Shown piece by piece: positions 52,391 to 64,000 of a DNA stretch of 64,000 nt. The stretch spans positions 24,738,001 through 24,802,000 of the forward strand of contig JAQFVV010000004.1 in NCBI GenBank assembly GCA_028023455.1. The letters run 5' to 3'. The position numbers and the translations under genes are program-made. The notes under the pieces are model-generated. The model searched no databases and was not told where the DNA came from. It worked only from the letters and a program-made list of their open reading frames with translations. This stretch comes from Epiperipatus broadwayi. Its lineage: Eukaryota; Animalia; Onychophora. Numbering within the stretch: the first letter of the stretch is position 1; each line of letters begins with the position of its first letter.

Positions 52391-55300
52391 GATAAAAATT
52401 TTTAAGAGAATATAATTAAATATAAAATTATATACCTGATATCTGAATATAACTCAAAAACTTTGACATATATGTATCAGTAATTTGGCAGCTTTCTGCT
52501 GGCAGAAACCCAAATGGATAATTAGAGTGAGATTTTATTTTGACTAAGACAAAACATGTAATTTAAGATTACAATGTGTTTAATTTATTCTAAGATAGAA
52601 AATGAACCACCTCTTAGTAAGATGTAAGATAATGCAAAGTTAGAAGACAAATAGTACTAAAAATATTATTAACATTGATATCACTAATTTCCAAAACTAT
52701 AAAATCTATGTGCAATTAGAGTAGTGCTTTTAATATATTTCAGCACCAAAAATGCATTAAAGTTATATGTAATGTTTTTTAATATTTTTTCCATATATGA
52801 TACATTGACATAAGTGAAGATAGATTACTGTATTTCAACGACAGACTTAAAACTGGAATGAAATCAATTAATATTAAATTCATTATTACAAATTTTATTA
52901 GAAGGTATCATCTTGGTTATTATCCATAAAGATCTCCAGATTATTAGCAATTTATTTTTAAAGGTTTTAAATTGTATTTACCTTTTAATTATTTATCTAA
53001 TCATATTAATAGAAAATCATTATTTCCAAAGCAATAAAAATGGTTGAAAACATAAGCAAAAAAAAAAAGAAGGGGGGGAGGGTAATGATGTCACTAAAAT
53101 GCAGACTTCCATTTTGTATTCATTTTTAAAAGATTAATTTTTTTTTTTCAAAAATTAAATTTCCCTAAAAAATCTCTATAATATTATGAGGGTGTGTGTG
53201 TCAAAATGTTAAAATACAAAATTATCTTTACATAATGATAAAACACTCATGCTCATTATCAATATTAGTATAAACTTGTTAGATAATGATAATAAATTTG
53301 AAATTAGTTTTATATCAAAAGTACTATTTTGATCTTCACCTGTGAAAGCAGACTTTGCATCTCTAGATAAACAATCTGAATAGAAAGAGGACTATTTACA
53401 ATTAAGTTAATAAAATTGATTTGAGTGAAGAAGTTGATCAAGTTGATAAAGAAAGCAACTAAAAATCAAAAATGATTAATTTAAATATCAATTAATTATA
53501 AATTAATCTCATCAATAAATTATCTTGTTCATAAAAAAAATACATCACTCAACTTTGCAAAATTAAAAAATTATAAGTGCAATGAATTTAATTTTTTTAG
53601 CAGTAAGTAGAAATCTTATTTATAAAACCAACATAAATGAATATTTATATGTAAGGCAGATGTAAGCAGTATGGATTCTGCTAAATAGGTCTCTATTACT
53701 ATTCCAGAAATTCTTTGCAATATATGAGAAAAGAAATGGAATGTGAAAATTTACTATGTGCCAAAGAATTCCAACATGGTCAAAATCTGGCACTTAATTT
53801 ATCAACACTTTCTTCTATTTCTGAAAACATTGTAATAATGTTAGAATTAAATTACTCTATGATTAAAAGTGAAAAAAAGTACATTTTAAACATAAGTAAA
53901 TTGATTATGGCTATCAGATGCATATTTAATAAATATTTAACATGTGGATAGGTTTGATAGACTTGATTATATCTAATATCTCTAATAAATCTCTTTTGGT
54001 CTCAAATGGTTTTAATAACAAAAGATGAAATGCTAATATTAAAAATTCAAATTGCAAACATTACTTTAGGAAAAATTGAAAAAGCGTATTGATGAAAACT
54101 ATAAAAATGAATAACAAAAAATATGCCATACTAGTGTTTCATCTATTGACACCTTCATTGACAATATGAAAGGCGGTCTCTTTCTCTCAATTAGAATCAC
54201 TATTTTCATTATTTTATTCTTTGGTTCTTGAGATGCCATTTTTGTTTTAATTCTACATCCAATAAATTGTAGTTCATATTTTACAATAAAATACTCAATA
54301 TCAGAAATAGACAGGACTTTAGCCCCTCCAGATATCATACATGCCACATGGAGCCTTTATCCTCTTCTTTTTACTTTTTAAACAGTTGGCTTCTTCCATA
54401 TGTGTTAAATGTATTTTTTTATTAATACATGTAAACCATTTTATATGCCTGTATTATCTATTTGTAAAGAAATATAGTTTTTATAATTTTTCTTATATGT
54501 AAAATTTGTAATCTTTGAAAATACCCAATAAAAATTTAACTTGAAAAAAAAATGACATACTATAATACAGATTCTAAAAAAATCTTTCTTGAGTAGTCAA
54601 TGAGATAATTTTTTCAAAAAAATTTTGTTACTAGCAGTTATTCAATTATTATCAAACAAAATCACTACGTTCTCCAACCTTAAAATTTCCTTGGTGGAAT
54701 TCGCTAGGGAAGTAGATTTATTTACTTTTCACACAGCAAGACAGAAAGTCCAAGCAAATCAAAAACAGAAAATGGTTATATGAAACAAAATTGATATACT
54801 GTATTTCTAAATCTAAAAGTAGAGAAAGGAAATATAAGTTAAGACTTTTTGAAGGATCAGTCACATTTATTAACAATATTTTTTTCACCATGGTACCTTC
54901 AAACTTATTTAAAATTCCTTCTAGCATTTTTTACTTTTTTTTATTTTCTAGAACAAATAACTATAAGATCTTAAACCATTTTTTACTTACCTAATTCATG
55001 CCATATAATAAATTCAATAGTAACTGTGAAAGTTTATCTCAACAATCAAAAATAGAATGATTCAATTTAATATCTAATAGTACTTTTATAATGTCAGTTA
55101 TATAAATTTGATATTAGCAATAATCTAATAGTGTAAATCATTATCTGGATGTATTAATTTTACATAGTTAATTTTTTTTTTTTATCAATAATTTATTAAA
55201 TTTATATATGGTAATTAGTGTTATTTTATATCTTTACATCATAAAACATTGTAAAATATCATAATTAAGGAACTATTTAATTAATTTTACTGTTTTTTTA

Positions 55301-55952
55301 TTTGTTTCAAAGTATTTAAATTTGGAAGGGGATATTTAAACTGACTTCAAATAATGTCAACAATAGGTCTTTTTTTATAACAAATCATCAAGAATTATTC
55401 TCATCAGTAACATGAAGTCAACTTGGAGTTTTATGTATATCACATCCATATTTCATTTTTTTTTAAATGCAGGTTTTGAATTTATTCAAGAGTAATTGAA
55501 AATTATTACTTCAGTGAATTTATTTATTTTATGAAACATGTTTTGAATAAACCTTAAACTGATGCTAGAATAATAAAGTCTAGTGGTTATAGAAATTCGA
55601 GGGATCGCCTGTAATTTTGTCAAATTAAAAAAAGAAAATAGAGTTATCAGTTTTGGGAATATGATGTATAATTTCTTTTGGCACATTTACAGTGCATTGC
55701 CATATATATGTTGACTGAAGACTTTTATTAGTTACAGATATATAAATTATATACTTTGTGGGTTCATCCATGTATGATTTTTGATAATGAATAAACCATT
55801 TTGGCTTGATTACACAAGCAATCAACTGGGTGATGAATAGAATATTATAAAGATTATTGTACAGACACTGTAAACACTGGTTTATAATAATGTTAAAGTT
55901 CTACCAATAGAAAAAACAGGTATATAAAATTGAAAAAAATAAAAGATAATTT

Positions 55953-56170
55953 TTAGAATAATATGTTTTTAAAAAAATTCCTCCAAATAGGAGGAAGTTT
56001 GCATGTGTCATCATGTTTATTGATATAATTTGGTCTTTTTAGTATCTCAATGGCTTCCATGATCTTATATTGGTAGAGAGTGTCATATCTGGATAGATTT
56101 ACAATAAAGAGAAGGTCTGATGAGGAAGTTCTCTTTCTTAATGTACTCATCACTAAGAAATAAAATAATC
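55953..56170 (-). pseudogene. GIY-YIG endonuclease C-terminus of a Penelope-like element (in the inverted pLTR)
   Basis: LSRYDTLYQYKIMEAIEILKRPNYINKHDDTCKLPPIWRNFF matches the PLE EN tail pattern IL......KR.I.EAIEI...PN.IN.D.G..LP.IW. Confidence 0.85.
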
Positions 56171-56174
56171 TATC

Positions 56175-56810
56175 ATTTTCAGTTTTCAGAAAAAAATACA
56201 CAGACTGATACTTATAATTTTCATCACATCATTATCCAAGTCAGATTTTTTCTGTAGCCCAAACTCTTTTAACTACAGCAATTAACATTTCCTATAAATC
56301 ACATCTAAAAGAAGAAATATATCACATAAATAGTGTTTTATTATAATGGTTATAATAATAAAATCATTCAACAAGTCTTAATTCAAACCCAAAATAAAAT
56401 AAGAAACAAAAAGAAGAAAAAACACTACTAGGATTTGTATTTCTTATATAAAATAATTACAAACAGTATTTGATTATATACTACTTATCAAAAAATTAGC
56501 AACATCATAACCAAGTATAAAAACCCAATCCTTTTTGAGATTCATGGAAGTCATGAAATTTCATGTAGCATTTGTAAAGCTTTTTATGTATGCATGAGCA
56601 ATCATTGCATTAGTATTAGAAAACATAAACATGCCAATACAGTTAAGAAGCACTCATCATCATCAGCACTCTCACTCCATACTATGGATTTAGGGCTCAA
56701 TTTAAAATCAGAGAAGTCATTGAGATAAACTAAAAATATCAAATTGTATCAATAATCATCATAATACATGCAAATGTTTTCCTATTTGGAAGAATTTTTT
56801 AAAAAAATTC
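56175..56810 (+). pseudogene. Penelope-like RT thumb, linker and GIY-YIG endonuclease, frameshifted
   Basis: SVFRKK.TDTY.FSSHHYPSQIFSVAQTLLTTAINISYKSHLKEEIYHINSVLL/NGY..., then EISCSICKAFYVCMSNHCISIRKHKHANTVKKHSSSSALSLHTMDLG, then EVIEI...NCINN...PIWKNF. These are collinear with PLE motifs VYRKPT, SHHP, NGYP, IPC..C...YIG and SA.A.H. Confidence 0.85.
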
Positions 56811-56925
56811 TAATTTTTTTTTATTTCAATTTTATATACCTGATTTTCTATTGGTGGAACTTTAACATTATTACAAACCAGTGTTATAGCACCTCTACAA
56901 TTCATCTTTAAAATATTATATTTAT

Positions 56926-56970
56926 CATCCAGTTGATGATTTGTGTAATAAAGTCAAAACATTGGAATAT
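56926..56970 (+). ncRNA. Eroded hammerhead relic in the PLE 3' pLTR
   Basis: CATCCAG TTGATGA TTTGTGTAATAAAGTC AAAA CAT TGGAAT. Both core boxes are one transition from CTGATGA and GAAA. Stem I is TCCAG/TTGGA. It lies about 120 nt after the EN stop and has a counterpart at 55795-55835 (minus). Confidence 0.5.
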
Positions 56971-59900
56971 TTCTTATCAAAATCATATACAGATGAACTT
57001 GCAAAATATACCATTTATGTATACATATTGCATATATCAAGATTAAGACTTGTGCAATTGACACAATATGTAATTGAAATATTCTCTAGCAACATCATAA
57101 AGCAATAATTCCTACAAGGAAAGACTGAACCTATCTTCTCTAATTACTTCATTTTCTTATGTAGAGGGTTATCTGAAAGACTTAGATAAAAAAAGATGAA
57201 TATTAAATCAATTATACAATTTAAAGATATTTTAAATTGGATTGTTTGAGAATATTTTCAATTTAAACATCATCAATACAATTAGAATGTAATGTAAAAT
57301 ATGTCCAGTGCTTAATATATATGTAATACATCTAGATTAAGACTAATGCAACTAACACAATAGGTTATGGAAATTCCAACTAGCCACAGCATCAGATAGT
57401 GATTTTTATAAAAAAAGATGGTCCCATTTTCTCTTGTTGTCTGAAACACTTAGACTAGAAAGAAGAAGGAATATTAAATCAATCAGACAATTTATTTTAA
57501 AGATGTTTTAAGCAATTTGATGTATTACATGGATATTAACCACTAAAAGTATTTTATATATATTTTCATTTTTGAATTAGTGTTGACAATATACCACTTA
57601 CTAATATCAATCAGTTTAAAATATTTTTAAAATAAATTGTGTAATTGATTTAAAATTCATTTTATCCAGTTCAGATGACTATTCTCTATTCAAAAAAAGG
57701 GGTGATGAAAGAAGATGGAACAAATCTCTTCTCATAAATATTATTGTCTTATGCTATGACTAGAGAGTAATTCAATTAGCTATTTATAAGTTGCAAGAGT
57801 CTTAATTCCGATGATGTATTGCCTACACTTTAAGCACTGGAAATATTTCATTTTACATATTTTTATTATTTGAATCAGTATTAACAATCATTAAATTGAG
57901 AAATCTCTCCAGCACATCAATTAATTTTATCAATCAATTTTAATATCTTTTAAATAAATTGTGTTATTGGTTTAATATTCATTCTTTCTAGACTAAATGT
58001 TTCAAACAATTTTTTATACAAAAAAAAAACTGTAGTAATGAGAGAAAATCAGACTAATCTTTTCTCATACTCTTATGCTATAGTCTTCTTTAAAATCTTA
58101 GTTTGACAAAGATGAATGTAATTTCATTGAAATTTTAGCAATCTAATTCAATGAATGGATTCTCTGTTTTGTTGGATGAAGACCTTTTTAAAGACTTTAG
58201 AAATTCTAAACAGGATTCTTTATGTGCTACATGGAATGATTTCTCTATGCAGTATATAGTAAGATCCTCTCACTTTTTTATTTCCATATACATATATAAA
58301 GCATATAACAATTTTTAATTATAAAATAAAAGAAAGTATATTACCACTACAGTAATTTTTACATTTTTAGGTTATAAGAAGAGAAGATTTCAGATCTTAA
58401 ATTAAAAAAAAAAAAAAGAAATTGAATTGTTGCACATTTCTCATAATTAATTCTTATTAACTTAATTCCATTTTCATATACATTTATATTTAACATCACA
58501 TGATCACCAGCTCTTATACTAGAACATAATTGTTATTAAACAAGGCAAAAACATTTTGATCTATAAATTAGCCTTATATATTAACCTTTTACACTCCTTC
58601 CATTATGCTCAGAAACTAATTATGTAGTGAGGATGTTGCCCTTATTGATTTCACCATGTATACCCCATGAAATACTAATGTTTATTTCTAATTTTTATTG
58701 CTTGTTTATAACTTACATTAGAAAGAGTCTTTTGCTTTCCCAAAAAAATTTTTGCATGATAAAAAAAAAATGGATATATATAGAAAAGCAGCAACTTCAA
58801 TGAATTTATTAGTGAGTTTAATGTGTAAAAGCAGCTAAAAAGTTAGGCAAATTTTCTATATTTTAAATTAAATTAAATTAATAATCACAAGCGCTGAGAG
58901 ACTTGCACTCTCTCGTAAGTTAATTTCAAATTATCTGCGCTTTGAAAATAAATATTATTTATATATTTTAAATTGTAATATATAAGAGTCGATATCAGTT
59001 CTAAGCAATATACATAATAAATAAATATAAAAATCACAATAACTTTTAAATTAAAACATCATAATCACTTTCAATTAGTCACATACTATAAAAAAAAAGA
59101 AAATAATAAGCTAGAATATTTAGATATAATGTTGATTAAATCCTACATAAATGGAAGATGTGATATAAAAACATTGACACAATAATAATATTACCAATTG
59201 GCACACTAATATAGATAAAAAATAAAATAAAATTAGTATAAGTTCTAGGATTTATAGGGATATATTAGGTGAATAAAGTTAATAAAGAAGAAACTTCTAA
59301 ATAATTATTACCCAATTAAATTTATAAATAGTAATATAAAGTTGATAAAAAATAAATTTATTTGCAATGATAATAATAAAAATAAATTTTTAAATAATTT
59401 TAATAATAATAATAAATTTAATTATATAGATATTAGAGCTTACAATAATAATGTAATTAAAAATATAAATAAAATCAATAACATGCAATAAACTTCAAAA
59501 TAATACATAAAAAAAAGGAAAGACATAATTAAACTTTAGATAATAAATATATTAAAAAATATAATGAAAATCCTGTTAATGTTATAAATAGAGTACATGA
59601 AATTAAATACAAATAAGGCCAAATTAGTAATATTAAAAATTATGGTAGAGGAACCAAAAAATAAATTTTCAGAAAATTAAGCCAATAAAAACAAAATGTA
59701 TATTTAAGAAAGATAGTTTTAAAATGATTCAATATATAAATAGAAAAAGATAAAGAAAAATCAAAAAAGTTATCTTTATAAATAGTATAAAAGTTACATT
59801 AAATAAAGATTTTGGTTTAAAATCTGTTGATATAAATATGATTGAGATAATTTTAAATAATAAAATCACAAACAATATAAAATAAGTTATAAAAAAGATA

Positions 59901-60089
59901 CTATACAATATAAAAGAAGCTATTTAAAATTCAAAATTTAGCAATGTAAGAAGGTGGATAGGCAAGAGAAGGTAAGAATTAATATTAAACAGAGCAAAAC
60001 TCTCCATACAGTATTGCCACCTGTGCTAAACAGATTAATCAATGGATGCCAGAAGGCTTGTGCATAAAATCCCTATCTAATGCCTACTC

Positions 60090-60148
60090 ATCCAATATCC
60101 CCAGACTAGTTTCTGGCTTGTGGCCTTCATCAGTGAGGAGCTTTGGAT
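60090..60148 (-). ncRNA. Type I hammerhead ribozyme, family B
   Basis: Minus strand: ATCCAA-AGC-TCCTCA CTGATGA AGGC-CACAA-GCCA GAAA CTAG TC TGGGGA-TA-TTGGAT. GUC cleavage triplet, palindrome ACTAGT. Confidence 0.9.
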
Positions 60149-60394
60149 CTGAGAGCACTGCATCTAGATCTTAGGATCTAATGCAACCCTCTAGCAACAA
60201 AGAGCCAAAGACACCAAAATGTATGGGTGCTGAACTGAGTTCAGACCCATATGACTATATAAGCTATTGAGCTTAGATTGAAAATATTTTTTGTGTTTTC
60301 AATTTCATTCTCATAGTTTTGTAGTTAAGTAAAGATAAAAGGTGATTGCTAGAGGGTTGCATTAGATCCTAAGATCTAGATGCAGTGCTCTCAG

Positions 60395-60453
60395 ATCCAA
60401 AGCTCCTCACTGATGAAGGCCACAAGTCAGAAACTAGTCTGGGGATATTGGAT
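60395..60453 (+). ncRNA. Type I hammerhead ribozyme, family B
   Basis: Core CTGATGA at 60410-60416, GAAA at 60430-60433, CTAG-TC, predicted cleavage after C60439. Stem I is TCCTCA/TGGGGA plus ATCCAA/TTGGAT. Confidence 0.9.
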
Positions 60454-61647
60454 GAGTAGGCATTAGATAGGGATTTTATGCACAAGCCTTCTGGCATCCA
60501 TTGATTACTCTGTTTAGCACAGGTGGCAATACTGTATAAAGAGTTTTGCTCTGTTTATCAACAATTAATGTGCTAGTATAGGAAATGTGATCATGTGATG
60601 CTTAATGGTTTAAGAATTAATATTAATTAAACAAGAATTCAAAAAATATTGATAAAAAAAGATTTTATAAGCAATAATAATTTATAAGATTAATTAAAAA
60701 GTTTAATAAGAAGTATTAAACTTAAATTTAAAAATTATAGAATTAAAAGTTTATACGTTAATATGTAGGTTAACAATAGAAATTTAATAATTAAAATTAA
60801 AATAAAAAATGGCAATAAATGATAAAAGATTATGTTTTTTATGTTAACTATATTTTTATAATTATGATAATATTAAATAATATGAAAAAAAAGTTATATA
60901 AAATAGTAAGGACTTGCTGCTTTTAACTTTATTATGATACAAATATAGTAGAGACTTTGAGAGTATATATATATATATATATATATGAAAATCTTGAATG
61001 TGTGAAGTTATTCATTAAAATCAACTTAATTAGAAAGCATTTAACTGAGAACAATTGTCACAGACCAAGAATTAAAGTAAACTGACAGACTGATGTAACC
61101 AAAAGGAGTATCCTCTTTTAAATGCTCTCTAGATCTAATGTAGAGATCAAAGTACTGCAGTTTATATTTATAGGCATAAGAAATCAAAGTATAACAAACT
61201 TTTCAATTTTCTTACTATATAATGAATCCTTCCACTGGTAGGTCTTATATTGTAATACAACATTCTTAATGAATGTGTAGATGGAAATCTTGAATGTGTT
61301 GAGTTATCCATTTAAATTAATTTAATTAGAAAACACTTAACCTAGAACAATATATATAATGGGATATAAAAAGAATTCAATTTGGATATATTTGTTTTGT
61401 ATTATTTATATTGATTAGATAAACTATTTTTTATATATTATGTACACATTATTTATATTTTAGTAGAAAGAAGACTGCTGGTCAGTAGAAAAGTTAGATT
61501 AATCAAGTAATAAATAAAATAGGCATTGTTATAATGATAAAAGAAAGTTGAATTTTTTAAAAATTGTTTTCTTTTAAAATCTTTTTCAGCTGCTTGATTA
61601 CTTAAAGTTTTCAGCTGCTTGATTACTTAAAGTTTTAAATTCAATTA

Positions 61648-62009
61648 GGTACTTGTGTATAATTCAACCGATGACGTATTACCCTGAAGGCATATCAGTC
61701 TAATCTTGCGATTTTTAAGATAACGTCTCCAAGTGATTTGCGGACACATGTAATCGCTAAAATGTGCCCGCAGATCACGTGAACACGGTACGTTAAAAAA
61801 TGCAACATTAGACCAATATGCCTTCAGGGAAATACGTCATCGGTTGATCACGTGGTAAAAAACAAAAAAACATGGCAAAAATATAAAAATTTAAAAAAAA
61901 ATTAAACATAAAAAAATGAAAAAAAAATGTGACGCAGGTCACGTGATAAAAAAAAAAAAGGGAAATCGTTAAGTCAAAAACGTCATCGGTTGAATTATTC
62001 ACAAGTACC
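61648..62009. mobile_element. Young MITE with 30-bp TIRs and TTA TSD (PIF/Harbinger-like)
   Basis: GGTACTTGTGTATAATTCAACCGATGACGT (61648-61677) and its reverse complement at 61980-62009 match 29/30. TTA lies on both sides (61645-47, 62010-12). About 18 CpG in 362 bp. Confidence 0.85.
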
Positions 62010-62194
62010 TTAAATTACAATATATAGTCAATATTTAGGTTTGAAATTTAATATTTTTATATGTAATTTGAGATGAGAAACATGCAATCGGTATAGTGAT
62101 ATATGTTTTTTAGCATTAAAATAATGATATCTTTTACTATTTAGAAAAATATTTTATATTATTTATTAATATATTGTAACAGTCACTCAATATA

Positions 62195-63560
62195 CCCTTG
62201 ATCATGAAGGGTGCCACCAGATCACTGCATATCTGGAAAATTTGTTTACCATGATCAAAAGTGGATGGTGATGATGATTTGTGCTGGCTAGACTCAGGGA
62301 GATAGCAAGAGATCTTAAATATTATTCATCCAATTGAGAAAATAGAAGCACTAAGACAAATGCCAGCAAAATTAAATTTAAACTAATTTGGAAATTTTAT
62401 TAAATTCAATAAAGTAAATCTAGCAAACAGAATACGAAAGTTAGACTTAGATTTTTATAAGTGCATTCATCAAAAAGTGTATATGAGTTCTGTAAATATT
62501 AAAACATTAAAAGCATTGGCAGAAAGAATCATTTTCTCACCTACAATTTAAAAGGGAATTGATTTTATCTTCCTGTTGGCAATTTATAAAAGAACAACAA
62601 TTCTAGTTTTCTAATTCCAAGATATAAAAAAAACAACATGGACATGTAGGAAATTAACGAACAGTGCAAGATGAGCATTCTCTAGAACATTGGAATTAGA
62701 GACATCATATTGTCTGCAGGATAGCTTGTGATGTACCACATTCAAGGCAATTCATGGTTAATTCCACATACAAGACAAGAAAACTTGAAGAATGATTATG
62801 ATTTTATGTAATCTGGAAAAAAAGAAATGAAATCTCCAACTTCAAAAAAACTAGAATAACAAACACGAAATCACCAGCCAAAAGATTTGCAGTTTGTAAA
62901 AAGCACAAACCTATTAACTTAAATTAATTATTGGATGATAAAATAGGGACAGGTGAGCAAATTGAAATTATGACGGTCTACCAAAGCAAGAGTTAGTAGT
63001 AAAACATGAAGGCATAGTAAGCATATAAAATATAATCTCACAATACACTCCCCAATAAATAAAATGGAAAATAAGCTTGGAATCTTAAAACTAAGATTCC
63101 AAAACATACTATAAATACAAAGAAAAGCAAACACACATAATAATTATGAGGTTTAAATAACTGGTAAACCTTTATGCAACAGATTTATTTTTAGATTGAG
63201 TGGAGATTTATATAACCTGGAAAAAAGAACAAATATTTTTACCTTATGATAAAGCAGAGTCCACGGAGTTTTCAAAAAGTGCGCACATTTATTTGGAATT
63301 CAACTTTCAGGTATCTTCATTTCTTCATAGTGGTAAGATCTTTTCTAATTCAGACTTTCATGGCATGATTGGAAGAACAGCTTGGAATCAGGGGGTTACC
63401 CTTAGATAAGTTAGCAAGGCATGTTGTAGGTTCGAATACACATAGCAATGAATTTAGACATCTTGTGAAAGCAAACTTTAAGAAAAAAATATGTCCAGAC
63501 TGCAAACACAATATGAATCTCAGCAGGTTAATATCAATGTGTGAAAATGAATAGTGGAAT
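62195..63560 (+). mobile_element. Decayed Gypsy pol (RT C-terminus, RNase H and weak integrase traces)
   Basis: EGCHQITAYLENLF (the AYLDDIL motif), VLARLREI, HPIEKIEALRQMPA...NLANRI and HKPI are in Gypsy order. The 63200-63560 ORFs only weakly resemble the integrase core. Confidence 0.6.
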
Positions 63561-64000
63561 TATTAGAAGCTGAATCTATTACTTTGAAGCAGAATTAGCT
63601 TGGTCAAGCCAAGAATAAAAATGTCTGAAATTTTATATCCTCTTTCTCTATCTCCCACATAATCTTTCTTGTTTTCAATTATAAGACTTAGTTTAGGGAA
63701 AAATCTTTATCTCCTGCTCAACTTTAATTAAGAATTCTAACTAGGGATTATCTTATAAAAAAAAAATTAAATCTTCACTTTTTAAATTAAACTAAAAATG
63801 GATTGTAATTAAAATAAAAGAAATAGGAATGCAATTAATTTTCCAAAATTAAAAGCTTTCTCAAAAAAAAAACAAAAAAACAAACAAAGATTAAAACTTT
63901 TAACTTGGAATGGTTTTACAGTTTGATAAAAAATAAGTTTCAGAAGAAACTTATTTTAACTAACAAGTAAAATCTATTGAAGATGAAATTTAAAATTACG

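Larger units (their letters stand above)
55735..57510 (+). mobile_element. Penelope-like element remnant: inverted pLTR, 5'-truncated RT-thumb/GIY-YIG body, 3' pLTR and partial tandem fragments
   Basis: 55735-56050 (minus) aligns with 56720-57022 (plus). Plus body 56175-56810 and extra linker/EN fragments at 57150-57400 and 57440-57510 (SYVEGLSERLR*KKMNIKSI, CKICP). Confidence 0.85.
59989..60610. mobile_element. HHR repeat family B insertion: 211-bp inverted arm plus direct monomer, 16-bp TSD
   Basis: Arms 59987-60197 and 60346-60556 are reverse complements with about 4 mismatches and a 148-bp spacer. TAAGAATTAATATTAA at 59973-59988 and 60611-60626. Confidence 0.92.

Noticed and set aside
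54099-54347. piggyBac-like KVSIDETLV motif in a minus ORF
   Set aside because: The following piggyBac motifs, TIRs and TTAA TSD were not found.
61584-61635. 25-bp tandem duplication next to the MITE
   Set aside because: It does not flank the element, so it is not a TSD. Ordinary slippage duplication.

Overview
Very AT-rich, CpG-depleted eukaryotic genomic DNA, most likely an invertebrate animal; the taxon cannot be determined from the sequence. I find no confidently identifiable host gene, rRNA, tRNA or CRISPR array. Nearly all ORFs in the supplied track are chance ORFs or decayed mobile-element fragments. The window is a transposon graveyard: two RTE-type LINE remnants, three Gypsy LTR remnants, a probable solo LTR, a young Harbinger-like MITE, and micro/minisatellites. 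The main signal is a dense set of type I hammerhead-ribozyme (HHR) repeats. There are about 11 recognisable HHR cores in three families (A, B, C; monomers about 410-475 nt), arranged as head-to-tail 1.5-mers and divergent inverted pairs. Three of the insertions have 13-16 bp target-site duplications. Each family has a different short palindrome in place of stem III (ATACGTAT, ACTAGT, ATGCAT), the known signature of minimal hammerheads that cleave as dimers. A decayed Penelope-like element at 55.7-57.5 kb (RT thumb plus GIY-YIG, inverted pLTR, CpG-eroded HHR) is a plausible relative of the mobilising partner. All alignments, identities and translations were done by eye and are approximate. No database searches were run.
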